A DNA stretch of 61,243 nt, filler included, from Nemertoderma westbladi (taxonomy: Eukaryota > Animalia > Xenacoelomorpha), in NCBI GenBank assembly GCA_032718475.1. It is 3 parts of 3 records of this genome, joined end to end, with 100 filler letters (N's around TTAATTAATTAA, not from the genome) between each part and the next. Parts side by side here need not be neighbours in the genome. Positions count along the whole stretch, not along the records: positions 51,528 to 61,243 come from JAUCBJ010004002.1; 2 more parts are not named here. The stretch is one strand, 5' to 3'. The notes beneath the pieces were generated by a model. The model did no database searches and was not told the DNA's origin. It was given only the letters and a program-made list of their open reading frames with translations. The position numbers and the translations under genes were made by a program. Position 1 is the first letter of the stretch, and each line of letters begins with the position of its first letter. This document shows positions 55,489 to 61,243 of this stretch, piece by piece.

Positions 55489-57664
55489 ATCCATTTTGAT
55501 AGAGCTTCCCATGCCTTTGCTTTCCTAACTTCTATATCTTTTTTGCTACTCTCTCTCTATCCATGACCCAAGGTACTGGAAGTCGTCAACCTTCCTTAGT
55601 TGATTATTATCAATTGTTGTTAAGTTCCATTAACATTAAAAGCCATGAATTCGGTCTTGGTAGCATTTATATGCAATCCAACCTCCTTAGCAGCCCTCTC
55701 CACTTTACTCAGTAGAAGCTGTGCATCTGCTAGTGTATTAGAGAGCAGGGCGATCGATGTCATCTGCAAAGTCAGTATCTGTGACTGCAGTTGCCGGTTA
55801 TCTACTACTTCTGCGTTCTTGTAGTGTGAATCCCAGATCCTCACCCTTTGTGGCTGTCCTCATTGCGTAATCCAGTACAATTACTGTACATAGTAATGGC
55901 GCCAATGTGTCACATTGCAGTATGCAGCCAGGATTGAGAAGAACTCAGTTTCACCATCTGGTGAGAGTACCTGCACTTCTGTGTCACAATATAATAATCC
56001 AATGCTAGCCACAATTACCTGTGGTATTCCATAAGCTCTTATGATTTCCAGCATTTTACCTCTATGGATTGAGATGAATGCCTTCTTGAAGTCCACAAAA
56101 GTCATGACTGCGGGGAGATTATTTGACTTAATTCCTTCAATCAGTCTTCGTAGTGCAAGTATCTGAGCTATTGTTGATCTATTTGGTCGAAATCCGTTTT
56201 GGCTCTTACGCAGTAATTTCTCTATGCGAGGCCTAATCCTATATAGAATCATTTTATTGTATATTTTTGCAGCTACCAAAAGCAGACATATCCCACGATA
56301 GTTTGTTGGTATACCGAGGTCTCTTTTCTTAGGGAGAGGCTTTAGTTGACCTTTAGTCCAAATTGGTGGTGGCTTTTCCCCTTTCAGCATCCGGTGGCAA
56401 ACATCCAATAATGGTCTGTTTAGCACTGCTGTTTCCATACCTCTGCAGGGATTTCATCCACTTGCTTTATGATTGGACATGCTTTAATGCTTCTATGGAG
56501 TTCGGCGGGTGTAAAGTCCCCTGTTTCTAAAGGTAGCGTCTTGTCATATATTTTCCTTGTACTGTAGGACTGACCTCGATGTTTGGTGGCCGCCCAAGCA
56601 AGTTGCTGAAGTGATTTTTCCACTTCCCAACACGTTCTTCAGGACTATCAGCTTTGAGGCACCCCTTAGCACAACTTCTCCGTCCAGACACCTCATTTAA
56701 AGTTTGCCAGGTAAGTCTTGATTGTTGCTGTATGTGAGCAGTTGTAATTGCTTCAATATTGTCCTGTATGTATTATACGTATTTATATTTATATATACGT
56801 ATATTTATATTTATATTTATATGTATATTTCCTGGCTGATGTTGTAGGCCAATTTAAGATCTTCCTTAGCTTTCTCAACCTTGTTAATGTTTTCGGTTGT
56901 TGGTTGTTCGATTTTTACTTTGTAGGCTATCTTAAAGATCTTCTCTCTTACAACTAACCTCAGAGTCTTGCCATGGCACATAATGTTTTCGTTTGGATTT
57001 CTGTGGAATGTGCCTCTTGGCTGATTCCTTGTGTGCTTTTATTATATTCTGGTATATTGAATCGGTAGAATGGCCTTCATCCATTGACTGAAGTACTTCA
57101 AAGCGATCTTGAACTTCTACTGTGTAAGCATCCTTTACTGCATTGTCAGTTCTGAGTTTCTCCCAGTCATAGTTGATTCGTTTGCTTGTCCTGGGTTTGC
57201 TGGCTCTCAAACTGAGTCTGATCTCTGCAGTCACAATTCTGTGGTCTAAACCAATTAGGTTGAACGAGATGTACAGTATGCCTCGAAGTTCATCATGCTG
57301 TTTCTCCACTTTTTGTTCATAAGCATGTAATACAGCTGTGCTTTGTATCCATTAGGGTATTGAAAGGTCCATAGCTTCCCCTTACTCTTTTCGGATGTGG
57401 TGTTTGTTGGTATCAATTCACATTCTTAAATTAGGTCTACGAGTAAGCACCCCTTTCTGTTCGAACTGGTGTTATAGGTCTAACCCTTGATGTCTTCTGG
57501 GCCAATTTGAGCATTCAGGTCACCAGCAATGGCTTTGACATTGTGTTTCGGAATGTCCTTTATAAGTCCAGACAGCTCTTCATAAAACTTGACTGCTTGT
57601 TTTGGTTCTGAGGCATTGGTTGGACTGTAGCAACAACATATTACTGTTGTCTTGGGATTCCCAT

Positions 57665-57923
57665 TTTGCAGGATATTGCTTTCGCCGAGAGGACCAGCCA
57701 GTGCAATAATCTTGTACTTTGGCAGCCTCATGGAGTGAATAAGCATGGTGGACAGCCCATGACTTTCTTGAGACGCATCTTAAAGGAAACTGGCCTTGAA
57801 GAGGCGGATGATCTAGCAAATGTCATGGGTGATAGGGAGTTGTGGTGGCGCAATTTTGTCGACAAGCCGGCAAAGCATTCTTAAAAATGGAGCTGCTATG
57901 CAGCATGCCGATCCTAGTAGTAG
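57665..57923 (+). mobile_element. Shorter 3' fragment of the same RTE-like family inserted antisense, with TSD
   Basis: Highly similar to about 55225-55488; (AGT)n tail. Flanking direct repeat TGGGATTCCCAT at 57653-57664 and 57924-57935. Confidence 0.85.
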
Positions 57924-60044
57924 TGGGATTCCCATCAAATGTTGCAATCATGACCCTGGAATTTATAGATTCGATGTTGTTTAGAGTCTGAAGTGCAAAT
58001 TGGCTTAGCAAAATTCCTACTCCACCAATTGATGCATTGGTCGAATTTGTTTCTGCTGCCCTTGTTACTGATGTCCATCCCTTTCCAATGTCATTATACT
58101 TCATGGCAGTGTCTTCATTACAAATCCGATGATCTTGGATACAGATGATGTCGATGTTATATTCCATTGCCAGAGCAACCATGTCACCCTGTTTGCTATG
58201 TGCTTTCATGTGTGCGTTCATTGTGGCAATCTTTAGTATCATTCTTTAGTTACATTTCAACTGGTTGGTTATTCTTTGTTCTCTGTCTTCTGTTCCAGTA
58301 GCCGATTTTTCGACCCCAGCCTGGTGTACCACTGGGGGATGCGGTCCTTGTTGACCCGGGCGACGACCGAGCCAGTATTTCTCATGGAGGGTTCTCATAC
58401 TCATATCTTTTTCAATTGCGGGAGTACTTCAATAGCGGGATTACTGCACCTAATAGTGCCCACGTAATAACCATCATATTTCATTGGTTTCGACATTGGT
58501 TTTCACTTTGTAATCTGTGGTTACTTCAGCCCTTCTATGATCTGCATGATTACAACATATCCACCATATATGAATGACAAAATAGCATCCCATTGTCTGC
58601 TGGTTCAAACTTCATAATATTAATTGGTAGGTCAAAATTTAGTTACCGACTGATACACCATCTGGCCACCATCACCATCAGTAATTATTTAGTATGTTTT
58701 TTGTCAGGTTTTCAATAAACTTATGTTTAAGCATCTTCATCACCGTGTATCATTATTTATTGCTGATTGATACTGTACTGCAATCATCAGCTATTGGGGG
58801 AGAACGGATTATTGTTCACTTGTTCTTCGTTGCCCCATATCATAATCTATGTGCTGAGGCTGACTCGTTGCCAAACTGCAATCAGCAGATGGTGAAGTGA
58901 AGGAGAACCTATTGTTTTCAGTCGTCATCATTGAAATAACATGTTGAAATAGCTCGCTCTACACTCTAATGCTCTATCCATATTATTATAAACATAATGT
59001 TTGCATTATCATTAATATTTTATATCAAAACAATACCATTTTTACTGTTTTGTTTGTTTAACAAACACAGTTTCAGGTTGAACCAACAGATCACCATACT
59101 GCACTGCCAAATAATAGGCCTATTTGCTTATAAGACAGTACAGTACTGTACAGCTGTGTTTGACTGCTTTATTACTATACACAGCATTGCAGTCCATGAC
59201 TACAGTATTCAATTTACTTCATTAGTAAAAATGACTTTAATATTTATTTTAAATTTTAACCAATTTTATCAAAGAATGCAGTATGTAATATCCATTTAAT
59301 GTTAAGTTTACTTTAAAAATCCTCTTTAAATTAAATTCACTTTTCAAGTAATAATTCTGTGTTTTGCAATGAGTACAGTAGCATTTATTACATACTGTAT
59401 ACCGGTATTCATATGACAGGTATGAAGGAAGAAGCTAATAGTGTGACTTGTTTTTGTAGGTCCATACTGTACTCCGTAGGCCTACCCATATGGGCGGCAC
59501 GTATTCATTTTTATCAAATATCCAGATATCCATAAGTCATCCAAATGGCAAGTGACTTTCAGACTTTTGACTTAGGACACCAGCTGACCAGTTTTTTGTT
59601 TAAAAAATTGCCACAACCCCTTTATGACAGTACTGTATGACTTATGTCTATGAGGGGTTGGGAATTTTACAAATGATAGCTCAAAAGATAGGCTTATTGT
59701 GTTTGTGTTGTTACTAATTTATCAGCTATATTTATAAAATTGGAGCTGCAATAACATCCTGGTTATCTAATTAAATATATATCTATATCTTATGGTTATA
59801 ATTATTACAACCACTAATTATATATAGTCCATATATCCAAGTCACCCATGTTAATGGTACGGTACATTTTAACTAACACATAAAAAACCGATATACAGTA
59901 GGCCTACTACTGTATAAGATTTACAAGTCCTACAGTAGTACTGTAAGTAAAAGTACTGCACTGTATGAGTAGGCTACCGCTACATATTTAATAAAGAAAA
60001 TAATGATAAATCAATATACTCTCATGTACAATGTAATGCATATA

Positions 60045-60605
60045 CGTCGGGGAGAAGTTCTATTTTCAACTGAGTTGAAATTTAAACTTTATTTTTTAAA
60101 ATTCAACTTTTTATTAAAATTCAACTTTTGGAGTAGAGTTTAAAATTCAACTTTCTGACTTTTTTTAAATTCAACTTTTGGCGTAGCTTTATTACTGCTT
60201 TAGAAATAATGAAATATGGAATTGGAATCCATTTCTGGTATTCCAGTATTCCATTGTCTGATTGTGTAATAATTATGACATAAAGCCAGAAAGCGGTAAT
60301 TTAATACATCTAATAAATTCCCGTAGTACCGGTATTTCAGTATTTCAGCTAATTTGCAAATGTAATCACTTAAAATGTTTTTAAAAAAAGTATTCCCGAC
60401 GGTGAAGGTTTTTATTCCATCGGTAATGAGGGTTAATTGTTCGAGTTACATCCATAAAAACAATAAAAACACCCCTTCTGTGACGTCTTGGGGCCCTTCT
60501 GCGCCTCCTGCCATTATAGAGATGAATTTACAACTTAAAAGTTGAATTTAAAAAAAAAAAGTTTTAAATTTCAACTCAGTTGAAATTTGAACTTCTCCCC
60601 AACTG
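60045..60605. mobile_element. Tc1/mariner-type MITE
   Basis: Imperfect TIR of about 45 bp (GGGGAGAAGTTC..TTTCAACTGAGTTGAAATTTAAA and its reverse complement), flanked by TA. Confidence 0.85.
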
Positions 60606-61243
60606 TATACAGTCAGACAGTAGGATAGCCTCAGAGGCAGAGGTTAAACGTTGTTTCCATGGCTGAATGAATGGAGGTCCCTTTAAAAACAATCAACAGA
60701 TAAAAGCATGCAATAGCGAATGCAGTAAATGTACAAATCATTCAAATTTTGAAGGATAATTAAGTCAATAATAATTGCTGCAAACATTTAGTATTTTAGG
60801 TGGTGATGTTGGCCTATTAGATATAATGAAATAATAATATAGCAGGGAACACGGCAACATCCATCCTACTGTACTGTAGTAATTTATTAACCAATGAATG
60901 ATGGTTGTTCTTGTACAGCTGGTATTAATACATCAATTATTTGGAAAAAGAAGCCAATAGGAAAGCTTAAACGTGTGGGCAAGTAGCTAGCCAGCAAGTG
61001 ATACTTTACTGTGCTTCAGTGATGCACACTGTCGTTATATTAGGGTGCATGGTTGGATTGTGGGGTGGGTGGATGCACTGCACAATGAAGGATACTCTTT
61101 AGAAAACTATTCCCACCCACCAACCAGCATTGTTGTAATTTGTAATACTGTTTAAGTTGGAAAAGGAATGTATCACCTTTTCAATAAAAGCAAACCGCAA
61201 ATACAATGCTACAGTGGCGCTGCCACAGGGGGACCGGGGGGGG

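Larger units (their letters stand above)
54560..58330 (-). mobile_element. Decayed RTE-clade LINE (APE + RT)
   Basis: IATMNA, ICIQD, GGVG, YSPT, GDLNAQIG, DHRIV; PLPKK.DL, YRGICLL, QNGFR, VDFKKAF; IWKS...FFRATVESVFLYGGETWTLT. Many frameshifts. Confidence 0.9.

Overview
Eukaryotic, most likely invertebrate animal, genomic DNA dominated by transposable elements. There are two 100-bp artificial scaffold gaps, so contiguity across them is not guaranteed. Two host housekeeping genes are clear: the DNA polymerase alpha catalytic subunit (POLA1, minus strand, only one 761-bp intron) and an intronless triosephosphate isomerase (TPI). The rest comprises a 3' LTR with the end of an upstream ORF, a decayed BEL/Pao LTR retrotransposon, CRE-like, RTE, CR1/L2 and Penelope retroelements, an internally deleted MULE, an IS3EU-like transposase fragment facing a HECT ligase gene, several MITEs and a 3.4-kb 24-bp satellite. 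The best candidate for a new system is a pair of uninterrupted accessory ORFs 3' of the BEL/Pao integrase. One encodes a WRN/RNase D-type 3'-5' exonuclease fused to three CCHC knuckles, and the pair is tied to pol by a quasi-palindromic motif repeated four times. Also notable are an Ulp1-bearing CRE-like element whose ORF ends 1 nt before a histone H3 3' fragment, and a degenerate CysB metal-binding site in POLA1. All assignments are from visual motif recognition; no searches were run.
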